NCBI GenBank assembly: GCA_963792415.1
Contig: CAWBVY010000004.1
Coordinates: 544,001-608,000, forward strand
Reading direction: 5' to 3'
DNA from: Candidatus Deferrimicrobiaceae bacterium
Lineage (GTDB): Bacteria; Desulfobacterota; Deferrimicrobia; Deferrimicrobiales; Deferrimicrobiaceae
Length of the DNA stretch: 64,000 bases
Below the pieces are notes generated by a model. It was not told where the DNA came from. It saw only the letters and a list, made by a program, of their open reading frames with translations, and ran no database searches. The position numbers and the translations under genes are program-made. Each line of letters begins with the position of its first letter. Positions within the stretch are counted from its first letter, which is position 1. Shown here piece after piece: positions 40,418 to 49,353 of the stretch.

Positions 40418-41115
40418 ACCCGCCACCCCCTCGGGACCGTCACCTTGTATCGCGCGAGGTCGATCCGGTCGCGCAGGATCGCCCGGACCTCCTCCTGGAT
40501 CGCCTCCACGGGACGATCCGAGTTGATCCGGGTGAACCGGTGCCGGCGCGCGAGGGTTTCGTACGCCTTGTGGATCCTCCCCTGGAAGATCTTGAAGCTC
40601 TCCACAGGGTCCGGGGAGAGGCCGAGGTCCATTCCCGCCTCGTGGTATTTGAGCGCCGGGCGACCGACGAGGATCCGGTCCAGCGCCGTCCGGAGCGGGA
40701 GGGAGAAGTAGAAGGTGATGTCCGGCTGGAAGGCGAAGCTGTAGAGCTGCTCGACCCACTCCTGCGGGCACCCCCGGACGGTGTCGCGGGCGAGGGCGGT
40801 GAACTTGTACCGGTCCGCGAGGACGATGAACCCCGCCTTGAGCATCGGAAGGATGTTCCGTTCGTACCGGTCGGCGAAATCGGTGCAGTGGATGAGGGAG
40901 AAGGTGGTCGGTGTAAGGAGGTTCTGCTTCTTCCCCCGCCGGGTGGCGCTCCGGACGATCTCGGAGGAGTTCCACTCGGTGAAGAAGACTTTGTACCCGG
41001 ACAGCTCCAGCCAACGCTTGAGGAGGTACACCTGGGTCGACTTCCCCGATCCGTCGAGTCCCTCGACGGCGATCAGCTTTCCGGGGGTGGCGTTCGGGTT
41101 GGATATTTCCGGCAT
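40414..41115 (-). CDS. Thymidylate kinase-like protein, copy 1
   Basis: LIAVEGLDGSGKSTQ, IVLADRY, PDITFYF. Confidence 0.88.
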   Translation of the reverse strand: MPEISNPNATPGKLIAVEGLDGSGKSTQVYLLKRWLELSGYKVFFTEWNSSEIVRSATRRGKKQNLLTPTTFSLIHCTDFADRYERNILPMLKAGFIVLADRYKFTALARDTVRGCPQEWVEQLYSFAFQPDITFYFSLPLRTALDRILVGRPALKYHEAGMDLGLSPDPVESFKIFQGRIHKAYETLARRHRFTRINSDRPVEAIQEEVRAILRDRIDLARYKVTVPRGWRV

Positions 41116-41119
41116 CCGG

Positions 41120-42658
41120 TCACTCCTCCCGGTCGATGGTCAGCTGCACGTCCACGCCGAAATGGTCGCGGAACATCGCGGCGTTGACGGTGACGCCCAG
41201 CGCCTCCAGGCGGCACGACTTCCGGCTCACCGCCCGCAGGAACAGCGACCCGTTCTGCAGGCGGCACGCGACGCTCCGGACGGCGGAGTTGTGCTCCTTG
41301 TCCAGCGCGTCGGCGATCCGGAGGATGGCGGCGAGGGAGGACACGGTGGCACGGTCCTTCTTGGGAAGCGCCTCGTACTCGGTGTGGGCCGTGTCCGGCG
41401 TGGCCTTCCGGTGATAGCGCGAAATCCCGGCGACGATGAGCCGCTCCGCCTGGGTAAGCCCGACGATTTCGGAGTTGGCGATGATGTAGTGGCTGTGCTT
41501 GTGGTGCTTCTGCATGCTGATGAAGTAGCCGACGTCGTGCAGGAACGCCGCCGCCTCGAGGTAGATCCGCTCCTGCTTCCCCAGCCCGTGCAGGGAATCC
41601 GTCTGGTCGAAGAGGCTCAGGGCGAGGTCCGCGACCTTCTCCGCGTGCTTCGGGTCCAGCTTGTACCGCGCGACCATCTCGCGGCACGACACGCCCACCT
41701 GCTCCCGGAGGTCCAGGAGGTGCTCGGCCCCCTTCGCCTGCTCGAGGATCTCCTGGATTACGCCGTCCTTCAGGCTCACCCGCGGGACGAGGATCTCCTC
41801 GGAGCCGTTCAGCTCCGCGATGCGGTGGTAGACGAAGCAGGCGGGCAGGATGACGTCGGCCCGGTCCTCCCGCAGCCCGAACCGCTCCATCCGGGTCTTC
41901 AGCGACATTCCGGAGAGCTCCTCCATCAGCCGCCGGAGGTTCCCCGCCTTGAGGCGCACGGTGTCCGGGTAGTCGGGGTGGGGCTCCGCGCGCACGTCGG
42001 GGATGGCGGCGATCGCCTCGATGTTCCCCCCCGTGGCGATGAACAGGGCCGCCTTCTTCCCGTTCCCCCGCCGGGACAGCTTCCGGCCCACCAGCTCCAT
42101 ATACTCGCCGAGCAGCTGGCCGGCGCCCCGCAGATCATCCTCCGCGGAGGAGAGCATGTCCAGCAGCCGCACGGCGCCGAAATTGTGGGAGTCCGCCAGG
42201 GTGATCCGGCCGTTCTCGACGAAGGTGATCTCCACCGACCCGCCGCCGAGGTCGACGATGAGGGCGCTCTTCTTCCCGAGGGGGATCCGCTTCCCGACGG
42301 CGACGGCGATCAGCCGCGCCTCCTCGTCGCCGTCGATCACCTCCACCCGGATGCCGGAGGCGCGCTCGAGACGGCTGAGCAGGAGATCTGCGTTGGAGGC
42401 CTCCCGGGTGGCGCAGGTGGCGACGGCCCGGACGGTCTGCACCCCGTGGGCCTTCAGCAACTGGCGGAAGCGCCGGAAGGCGGCCTCGGCCTTCCGGATG
42501 TTCTCCTCCCGGATGGTCCCCTTCAGGAAGACGTCCCCCCCCAGCCGGATCGGCTCCCGGAGGTTCTCCAGGACCCGGTACGGGGAGTCCCCCGCGGTCT
42601 CCACCACGTAGAACCGGATCGCGTTCGATCCCATGTCGATGGCGGCGATGCGGGCCAT
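41120..42658 (-). CDS. ppx: Exopolyphosphatase Ppx/GppA with C-terminal HD domain
   Basis: AAIDMGSN, IDGDEEARL, VDLGGGSVE, RADVI, LHDVG..HHKHS, LRIADALD. Confidence 0.94.
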   Translation of the reverse strand: MARIAAIDMGSNAIRFYVVETAGDSPYRVLENLREPIRLGGDVFLKGTIREENIRKAEAAFRRFRQLLKAHGVQTVRAVATCATREASNADLLLSRLERASGIRVEVIDGDEEARLIAVAVGKRIPLGKKSALIVDLGGGSVEITFVENGRITLADSHNFGAVRLLDMLSSAEDDLRGAGQLLGEYMELVGRKLSRRGNGKKAALFIATGGNIEAIAAIPDVRAEPHPDYPDTVRLKAGNLRRLMEELSGMSLKTRMERFGLREDRADVILPACFVYHRIAELNGSEEILVPRVSLKDGVIQEILEQAKGAEHLLDLREQVGVSCREMVARYKLDPKHAEKVADLALSLFDQTDSLHGLGKQERIYLEAAAFLHDVGYFISMQKHHKHSHYIIANSEIVGLTQAERLIVAGISRYHRKATPDTAHTEYEALPKKDRATVSSLAAILRIADALDKEHNSAVRSVACRLQNGSLFLRAVSRKSCRLEALGVTVNAAMFRDHFGVDVQLTIDREE

Positions 42659-42834
42659 TCGGGATATCCCCCCTCCGGGATCATTGTAACGGGAACGGGC
42701 GCTCCTGCCCATGCCTTGTCGTGGAAAGGATTGTTGGATGCGCGCCGGGGCCGGAACGATCCCGGCGCGCATCCCGTTTCCGGAACAGGGCATCTTATTA
42801 TGGATTTGGTCGAGCCTGGCATATAGGGGGGGAG

Positions 42835-43749
42835 ATGGACAAGGAAAAGCGGGAGATCATGAAGAATATCGGGAAGTTCGTCGACCCTTATCGCATCACG
42901 AAAGGGAAGAGGTTCCGCCTCAAGGACATCGACCCGGGCGATACGGGCGACTACGGGTCGGAGCAGAAGCCGAGGGCCAAGGACCTGCTGGCGAAAGGCG
43001 TGCAGTGGATGGCGGAGGAGCAGGACAAGTTCTACGCCGCCGATCGCAACTCGATGCTGCTGGTGTTCCAGGCGATGGACGCGGCCGGAAAGGACGGCAC
43101 CATCCGCCACGTCATGTCGGGCGTGAACCCGCAGGGTTGCCAGGTGTACTCCTTCAAGCAGCCCTCCATGGAAGAGCTCGACCACGACTTCCTGTGGCGC
43201 TACCACAGGTGCCTCCCGGAACGGGGCCGCATCGGGATCTTCAACCGCTCGTACTACGAGGAGGTGCTCGTGGTCCGGGTGCACGAGGAACTGCTCGAGC
43301 GCCAGAGGATGCCGCGGGACCTGGTGACCAGGAGCATCTGGGAGGAGCGCCTGGAGGACATCGCGGGGTTCGAGCGCTACCTGGCGCGGCAGGGCACCAT
43401 CGTGCTGAAGTTCTTCCTGCACGTCTCCCGGAAGGAGCAGAAGCGGCGGTTCCTGGAGCGCCTGGAAATGCCGGAGAAGAACTGGAAATTTTCCACGTCC
43501 GACGTGACGGAGCGCGGTTACTGGGGGAAGTACATGGCGGCGTACGAGGATGCCATCCGGCGGACGGCCTCCAGGGAGGCGCCGTGGTACGTGATCCCGG
43601 CCGACAACAAGTGGTTCACCCGCCTCGTGGTCGCGGCGGTGATCGCCGAGGCGTTCTGGAAGCTGAAGCTCGCCTACCCGCAGGTCGACGACGCGAAGAA
43701 AAGGGAACTCGCCGCGGCGCGCAAGGCATTGATGGGCGAAAAGAAATAG
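42835..43749 (+). CDS. ppk2: Polyphosphate kinase 2 (class III-like)
   Basis: FQAMDAAGKDG, GVNPQG, HDFLWR, IFNRSYYE, KNWKFS, PWYVIPADNKW. Confidence 0.95.
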   Translation: MDKEKREIMKNIGKFVDPYRITKGKRFRLKDIDPGDTGDYGSEQKPRAKDLLAKGVQWMAEEQDKFYAADRNSMLLVFQAMDAAGKDGTIRHVMSGVNPQGCQVYSFKQPSMEELDHDFLWRYHRCLPERGRIGIFNRSYYEEVLVVRVHEELLERQRMPRDLVTRSIWEERLEDIAGFERYLARQGTIVLKFFLHVSRKEQKRRFLERLEMPEKNWKFSTSDVTERGYWGKYMAAYEDAIRRTASREAPWYVIPADNKWFTRLVVAAVIAEAFWKLKLAYPQVDDAKKRELAAARKALMGEKK

Positions 43750-43761
43750 GGCGGCTGCCGG

Positions 43762-44268
43762 TCACATGCGGGGAGTTCGGGGAAGTCGGGTCGCCGTCCC
43801 CTTGCCGTCCTCGATCCAGAGGAACTTCGCCGTTCCTTTCGGCACCCCTTTGTCCGTTTCCAGGGCCACCACGGCTCCCTTTCGGAGAGGGAAACCTCCC
43901 GGGACGGAGATCAGGGCCGCGGCGATGCCGCCCAGGTCCGGCTCGTGGCCCACGAAGGCCGCTTCCGCGGGGTTTCCCGCACGTGCCAGCAGGGCGCGGA
44001 GGGCCCGAAGGTCGAAGCCGGGAGAGAGTTCCCTGGCGACCACGACCTCGCCCTTGTGTTTCAGGCGCTCCGCGAGGATCTCGGCGGTCTGGACGGCGCG
44101 CAGCAGGGGGCTCGTGAAGATGACGTCCGGGGCGGCGCCCGTCTTGCGGGCCCGCCGGGCGATCTTCCGGAAGGAGAGCCGGCCCGTCGTCGTCAGGTAG
44201 CGGGAACCGTCCGGAATCGTCGCCGCTCGCTCGATCGCCTCCGCGTGGCGGACGAGGTACACTTTCAC
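43762..44268 (-). CDS. sixA: Phosphohistidine phosphatase SixA
   Basis: YLVRHAEA, TSPLLRAVQTAE, VGHEP, KGAV. Confidence 0.9.
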   Translation of the reverse strand: MKVYLVRHAEAIERAATIPDGSRYLTTTGRLSFRKIARRARKTGAAPDVIFTSPLLRAVQTAEILAERLKHKGEVVVARELSPGFDLRALRALLARAGNPAEAAFVGHEPDLGGIAAALISVPGGFPLRKGAVVALETDKGVPKGTAKFLWIEDGKGTATRLPRTPRM

Positions 44269-44271
44269 GGG

Positions 44272-44511
44272 CTACCCCGTACCCTTCTTCTTCTTCTTCC
44301 CTTTTCCCTTCTTCCCTTTCTTTTTCTTCTTCTTCTTCCCCTTCTTATCCTTCTTCTTGTCCTTCTTCCCCCGCTCCGGACGGGCCGCTTCACCCTCCGC
44401 CGGCGGCGGGAGGCCCGCGGTCTTCGACGTCTTCCTCGTTCCGGCCGCTTCCTCCATCGCGTGCCGCAGCCCTTCCCACTTCTCCTCCGGGATCAGCGTC
44501 TTCTTACCCAT
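44272..44511 (-). CDS. Poly-lysine-tailed microprotein (79 aa)
   Basis: Overlaps the parA stop and ends 3 nt before the sixA start; 22 Lys in the last 31 residues; GGAGG RBS. Confidence 0.8.
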   Translation of the reverse strand: MGKKTLIPEEKWEGLRHAMEEAAGTRKTSKTAGLPPPAEGEAARPERGKKDKKKDKKGKKKKKKKGKKGKGKKKKKGTG

Positions 44512-45253
44512 GCTGCAACACCTCCTGCGCCAGCGCGCGGTAATCCTCGGCCCCCCGTCCCCCCGGCTGGTAGGAGAGGACGTCCTTCGAGCGGGCGGGC
44601 GCCTCGGCGAGGGAGATGCTCTGCCGGATGACCGTCCGGAACACCTTGTGGCGCAACGTTTCCCGGAGGTGCTCCTCGACCTGGCGGGAGAGGGAAGTCC
44701 GGACGTCGTACATGCAGGGGAGGATGCCCAGAATCTCCATCGGAAATCCGGCCTCGCGGATGGTCTTCACCATGCCGAGGATCTTTTCCAGTCCGTTCAG
44801 GGCCATGTACTGGGTCTGGAGCGGGATCAGCAGGGAACCGGAATACACCATCCCCATCAGGGAAAGGGCGCCCAGCGACGGGGGGCAATCCACGATGACG
44901 AAATCGAACCCCCGCATTCCGGCCAGGGCGTCCTTCAACGCCAGTGGGTACTCCGACGGCCGCTCGCGGAGGATCCGCTTCTCCGTTTCGGCCAGGACCG
45001 GGGTGGAGGGGAGGACGGTGAGGTGGGGGAGGGCGTGAAACGCCTCGCGGGGTTCCGCCTCGCCCGTGAGCACTTCCGCGACGGTCGGGCCGCCGGACGT
45101 CTCCACCCCGAGCGACTCCGTGAGCCCGGCCTGGGGGTCCAGGTCCACCAGGAGGACTTCCCGGCCCACTTCCGAGAGCGCCGCGCCGAGGTTGACGGCG
45201 GTCGTGGTCTTCCCGGTGCCGCCCTTCTGGTTGATGACCGTGATCTTCCGCAT
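44504..45253 (-). CDS. Orphan ParA/Soj-family ATPase
   Basis: Deviant Walker A NQKGGTGKTTT, DLDPQ, DCPPSLG, LAEAP; no parB nearby. Confidence 0.93.
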   Translation of the reverse strand: MRKITVINQKGGTGKTTTAVNLGAALSEVGREVLLVDLDPQAGLTESLGVETSGGPTVAEVLTGEAEPREAFHALPHLTVLPSTPVLAETEKRILRERPSEYPLALKDALAGMRGFDFVIVDCPPSLGALSLMGMVYSGSLLIPLQTQYMALNGLEKILGMVKTIREAGFPMEILGILPCMYDVRTSLSRQVEEHLRETLRHKVFRTVIRQSISLAEAPARSKDVLSYQPGGRGAEDYRALAQEVLQHG

Positions 45254-45434
45254 GGCGCCACCCCCTGAATCCTCGCTCTCCCGGAGATTTCCGATTATAA
45301 GTCAGGCCCGCGGGTTCCGCCGGGGAAATCCGTATGGAAATCCTTGCGGGTCGGGTACACTGAAAGGGAGGTTTCCGGGCATCCGGCGACACGTTCTGCG
45401 ACGGAAGAAAATTTCCCTCTGGAGGTCGAACGCC

Positions 45435-45917
45435 GTGCTCTCCGCGCGCCTGATCGAACTGATCCAGACCAACGCCGAACACCTGACCCGCGACGTGCTG
45501 AAGGATTATGCCACCAACCCGCGGACGCGCCACTGGAACGTCGTGCCCGTCGCCGAGCTGGAACAGCGCGTGATCAGCACCTACAGGAACCTGGGAAACT
45601 GGATCGGCGACCCCAGGGAGGACGCGGTGCAGGCGGAGTACGAGGAGTGGGGCCGCAAGCGGTACCGGAACGGGATCCCGCTGAGCGAGGTCGTGTTCGC
45701 CGTGATCCTGCTGAAGCAGCACCTGAGGAGATACATCCGCGAGCACGGGCTCGTTGAGCACGTCCGGGACCGCAACGCCTCGCAGGAATTCCTCCCGGTT
45801 CACCTGTACGGGATCCAGGAACTGAATTCCCTGGTGGGGGATTTCTTCGACAAGGCGCTCTACCACCTGGCGCGGGGCTACGAGATGGAGGCCCGGGCGG
45901 CCCAGGGCACCCGGTAG
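45435..45917 (+). CDS. Hypothetical all-helical protein (RsbRD_N/globin-like sensor fold suspected)
   Basis: GGAGG RBS and GTG start; GRKRYRNGIPLSEVV..L, FFDKALY..ARGY pattern. Confidence 0.72.
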   Translation: MLSARLIELIQTNAEHLTRDVLKDYATNPRTRHWNVVPVAELEQRVISTYRNLGNWIGDPREDAVQAEYEEWGRKRYRNGIPLSEVVFAVILLKQHLRRYIREHGLVEHVRDRNASQEFLPVHLYGIQELNSLVGDFFDKALYHLARGYEMEARAAQGTR

Positions 45918-46013
45918 CAACGGACCGCGTCGGACCCCATGTCGCGATGGGGGCGGTGCGTGCCGTTCGCGGTTCCCGGGCCCCGGATGCAACCGTATTT
46001 TTGAAACGCAGCG

Positions 46014-46676
46014 CTACGCCAGCGGCCCCTGGTGCCGGACGTCCTTCCCCTTGACCATGAAGATCACGTCCTCGCAGATGTTGGTGGCGTGGTCGGCGAT
46101 CCGCTCGATGTGGCGCGAGACGAGGATCAGGTCCATGGCGCGGGGGATGGTGGTCGGGTCGGACATCATGAAGGTCAGCAGCTCCCGGAACACCTGGTCC
46201 TTCAGCTGGTCGACCTCGTCGTCCTTCAGGATCGTCCGGTACGCCAGTTCGTCGTCCCCGTTGACGTAGGCGTCCAGGGAGGCCTTCAGCATCTCCTGCG
46301 CGATGTCGGCCATCCGCGGGATGTCGATCAGCGGCTTGAGAGGCGGAACGGCGAGCAGCGACTCCCCCCGCTCCACGATGTTGATCGCCTGGTCCCCGAT
46401 CCGCTCCATGTCCACGATGATCTTCATCGCCGCCGTGATGAACCGCAGGTCGGCGGCCGCCGGCTGGCGCAGGGCGATGAGCTCCAGGCACGCCTCGTCG
46501 ATCTCGACGTGGAGCTGGTTGACCTGGGACTCCATCCCCCGGACCTCGGCGAGGATGCCCGCGTCGCGCTGCACGAGCGCATGGATGACCCGGCGGGTCA
46601 TCTGCTCCGCCAGCCCCCCCATCCGCAGGACCATTTCCCGGACATCCGCCAATTGACCCGTGTAATGCTTCTTCAT
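46014..46676 (-). CDS. phoU: Phosphate signaling protein PhoU
   Basis: QPAAADLR, DMERIGD, DDEVD, IERIADHATNICE. Confidence 0.96.
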   Translation of the reverse strand: MKKHYTGQLADVREMVLRMGGLAEQMTRRVIHALVQRDAGILAEVRGMESQVNQLHVEIDEACLELIALRQPAAADLRFITAAMKIIVDMERIGDQAINIVERGESLLAVPPLKPLIDIPRMADIAQEMLKASLDAYVNGDDELAYRTILKDDEVDQLKDQVFRELLTFMMSDPTTIPRAMDLILVSRHIERIADHATNICEDVIFMVKGKDVRHQGPLA

Positions 46677-46702
46677 CTCCGTTCACCGCCTTCCGGTATG
46701 TG

Positions 46703-47464
46703 TCAACCAAACCGCCCGGTGATGTACTGCTCCGTCCGCTTGTCCGACGGATTGGTGAAGATCTTTCCGCTCTTGTCCATCTCGATCAGTTCGCCCATGA
46801 GGAAGAATGCGACCTGGTCGGAGATGCGCGCCGCCTGCTGCATGTTGTGCGTCACCACGGCGATGGTGTACTTCTCGCTCAGGTCCTCGATCAGCTCCTC
46901 GATCTTCGCGGTGGATGCCGGGTCCAGCGCCGAACACGGCTCGTCCATCAGGAGCACTTCCGGCTCGACGGCGAGGGCCCTCGCGATGCAGAGCCGCTGC
47001 TGCTGGCCGCCGGAGAGGGAGATCCCCGGCTGGGAGAGGTGATCCTTCACCTCGTTCCAGAGCGCGGCCATGACGAGCGACCGTTCGACCCTCTCCGCGA
47101 TGTCCCCTCGAGAGAGTGCCTTCCCGTTCAGCTTGAGCCCGACGGCGACGTTCTCGAACACCGACATGCGGGGGAACGGGTTCGGCTGCTGGAAGACCAT
47201 CCCGACCCGCCGCCGCAGGTATACCGGGTCGACCCGCTCGGAGTGGATGTCGACGCCGTCCAGCAGGATCCGCCCGCTGATCCGGAAACCGGGGGTCATG
47301 TCGTGCATCCGGTTGAGGCACCGGATGAAGGTGCTCTTACCGCACCCGGAGGGACCCATCACCGAGGTGACGGAATTTCGAGCGATGTCCATCCGGATCT
47401 TCTTCAGCACCTGGTTCTCCCCGAACCAGTTGCTCAGGTCGTGGATCTCGAAGATGTTCGCCAT
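46703..47464 (-). CDS. pstB: Phosphate ABC transporter ATPase
   Basis: [47 protein letters not shown]. Confidence 0.97.
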   Translation of the reverse strand: MANIFEIHDLSNWFGENQVLKKIRMDIARNSVTSVMGPSGCGKSTFIRCLNRMHDMTPGFRISGRILLDGVDIHSERVDPVYLRRRVGMVFQQPNPFPRMSVFENVAVGLKLNGKALSRGDIAERVERSLVMAALWNEVKDHLSQPGISLSGGQQQRLCIARALAVEPEVLLMDEPCSALDPASTAKIEELIEDLSEKYTIAVVTHNMQQAARISDQVAFFLMGELIEMDKSGKIFTNPSDKRTEQYITGRFG

Positions 47465-47479
47465 CTCGCTTCCTTCCTT

Positions 47480-48319
47480 CTACCGCTTCTCCCGGGTGAG
47501 AACCCGGGCGGCGATGTTGATCAGCAGTACCATCGTGATCAGCACGAGGGCCCCCGCCCACGCCTTGTCGTGCCAGTCCGCGTAGGGCGAGATCGCGTAT
47601 GTGAACACCTGGAGCGGCACCGCCGCCATCGGCTGGTCGAGCTTCGTCTGCCAGAACTGGTTTCCGAGCGCCGTGAAGAGAAGAGGCGCCGTCTCTCCTA
47701 TGATGCGCGACATGGCGAGGAGGATACCCGTGAGGATCCCCGGCCACGCCGTCCGCACCGTGATGCGCAGCGTGGCTTTCCACCGCGCGATCCCCAGCGC
47801 CAGGGCGGCTTCCCGCACCGTCGTCGGCACGGTCCGAAGCATGTCCTCCGTCGTCCGGACGACGACGGGGATGAAGATCATGGAGAGCGCCGCCGCGCCG
47901 GCCCAGGCGGAGAACCGCTTCATCGGAAGGACCAGGAGAACGTAGGCGAAGATCCCCATGATGATCGAGGGGACGCCGGTCAGCGTGTCGACGGCGAACC
48001 GGACGGCGGAGGCGAACTTTCCCCTGCCGTACTCGGCGAGGTAGATGCCGGACATGACCGCCACCGGCACCGACCACGTCATCGTGAGGAGGGTGATGAC
48101 GACGGTGCCGAGGATCCCGTTTGCAATCCCGCCCCCGGGTTCCCCGACCGGGTGGGGAAGGTCGACGAGCAGGGTCCACCGGAGTTCCTTCGCGCCCTTG
48201 ATCACCAGGTCGAAGAAGATCAGGAACAGCGGCAGGACAACGAGCAGCGCGCAGAGGTAGAAGACCCACTTCATGGCGCGGTCGGCGGCCTTGCGGCGGA
48301 AGGTGATCGTCCCCGTCAT
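47480..48319 (-). CDS. pstA: Phosphate ABC transporter permease
   Basis: IYLAEY, GVPSIIMGIF, REAALALG, RIIGETAPL. Confidence 0.96.
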   Translation of the reverse strand: MTGTITFRRKAADRAMKWVFYLCALLVVLPLFLIFFDLVIKGAKELRWTLLVDLPHPVGEPGGGIANGILGTVVITLLTMTWSVPVAVMSGIYLAEYGRGKFASAVRFAVDTLTGVPSIIMGIFAYVLLVLPMKRFSAWAGAAALSMIFIPVVVRTTEDMLRTVPTTVREAALALGIARWKATLRITVRTAWPGILTGILLAMSRIIGETAPLLFTALGNQFWQTKLDQPMAAVPLQVFTYAISPYADWHDKAWAGALVLITMVLLINIAARVLTREKR

Positions 48320-48320
48320 G

Positions 48321-49250
48321 TCAGATCCCCCGCGAGGCGCGCGCGACCATCTTCGAAAGCATCCCCTTGGCCGCGAAGTTGACGATGAGTGTCAACAGCA
48401 TCAGGAGAAGGCCGATCAGGATGAGCGACGAAAGCTGGAGGCCGCCGGCCTCCGCGAATTCGTTGGCGATCACCGCCGCCATGGAGTACCCCTGCTGGAA
48501 CAGGGAGGCGAAGATCTCGGGCCGGTTCCCGATGACCATCGTGACCGCCATCGTCTCGCCCAGCGCCCGCCCCAGGCCGAGGATGGTGGCGCCGAAGATC
48601 CCCGGGAGGCAGTGCTGCCCGATCACGATGCGGATCATCTCCCAGCGGGTCCCCCCGAGCGAAAGGACCGCCTCCTTCTGCCGCTGCGGGACGGTGGCCA
48701 GCACCTCCCGGGTGACCGACAGGATGAACGGGATGATCATGATCGCGAGGAGCACCCCCGCCGCGAGCATGCTCGGGCCGTACACCGGCCCCTTGAAGAG
48801 GGGGATCCAGCCGAGGTATCTGGTCACCGGCTTCATGAACACGTCCCGGAGGATCGGCACCAGGACGAAGATCCCCCACAGGCCGTAGATGACGCTGGGG
48901 ATGGCGGCGAGGAGTTCCGCCAGCAGCGAGACGGGGGCCTTCAGCCACGGCGGTGCGAATTCGTTGATGAAGATCGCCGCCCCGACGCTGAGCGGGACGG
49001 CGATCAGCAAGGCGAGGAAGGAGGAGACCAGGGTTCCGAAGAGGAAAGGGAGCACCCCGAACTGCTCGAGTACCGGGTCCCATGTGCTGGTGACGAGGAA
49101 CGAGGCCCCGAACTTCCGCAGGGCGGGGAGCGATTCGCGCAGCAGCACCGCGGACAGAAGGACCGCGAGGAAAAGGACGACGGAGGCGAAGAAGGCGGAC
49201 GCCTTTTCGAACACGAGGTCTTTCGATATTTTTCCGGTTCGCGCCGCCAT
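48321..49250 (-). CDS. pstC: Phosphate ABC transporter permease
   Basis: ELLAAIPSVIYGLWG, GRALGETMAVTMVIGN, IANEFAEA. Confidence 0.96.
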   Translation of the reverse strand: MAARTGKISKDLVFEKASAFFASVVLFLAVLLSAVLLRESLPALRKFGASFLVTSTWDPVLEQFGVLPFLFGTLVSSFLALLIAVPLSVGAAIFINEFAPPWLKAPVSLLAELLAAIPSVIYGLWGIFVLVPILRDVFMKPVTRYLGWIPLFKGPVYGPSMLAAGVLLAIMIIPFILSVTREVLATVPQRQKEAVLSLGGTRWEMIRIVIGQHCLPGIFGATILGLGRALGETMAVTMVIGNRPEIFASLFQQGYSMAAVIANEFAEAGGLQLSSLILIGLLLMLLTLIVNFAAKGMLSKMVARASRGI

Positions 49251-49281
49251 GCGAAATCAGGGTCCTCGTTTTACAGAGACA

Positions 49282-49307
49282 GGAAGGGGGGGATGGTCCC
49301 CCCTTCC
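49282..49307. other. GC-rich stem-loop between pstS and pstC (attenuator or mRNA stabilizer)
   Basis: ggaagggggg-gatggt-ccccccttcc 10-bp stem. Confidence 0.55.
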
Positions 49308-49353
49308 CGATCCATATTGATGAACGGCAGTCCGCGGAGGCGGACCGCCGGGT

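Noticed and set aside
44281-44370. (CTT)n low-complexity tract as a non-coding microsatellite
   Set aside because: Explained by Lys codons of the 79-aa protein, with mixed AAG/AAA and interspersed Gly/Asp codons.
44504-45253. ParA as evidence of a plasmid or prophage
   Set aside because: No rep, parB, integrase or phage genes; the flanks are ordinary chromosomal metabolism genes.
45918-46013. Structured intergenic segment (ccccat-gtcgcg-atgggg) as an ncRNA
   Set aside because: Short hairpin between convergent genes with no recognisable family; likely termination-related.
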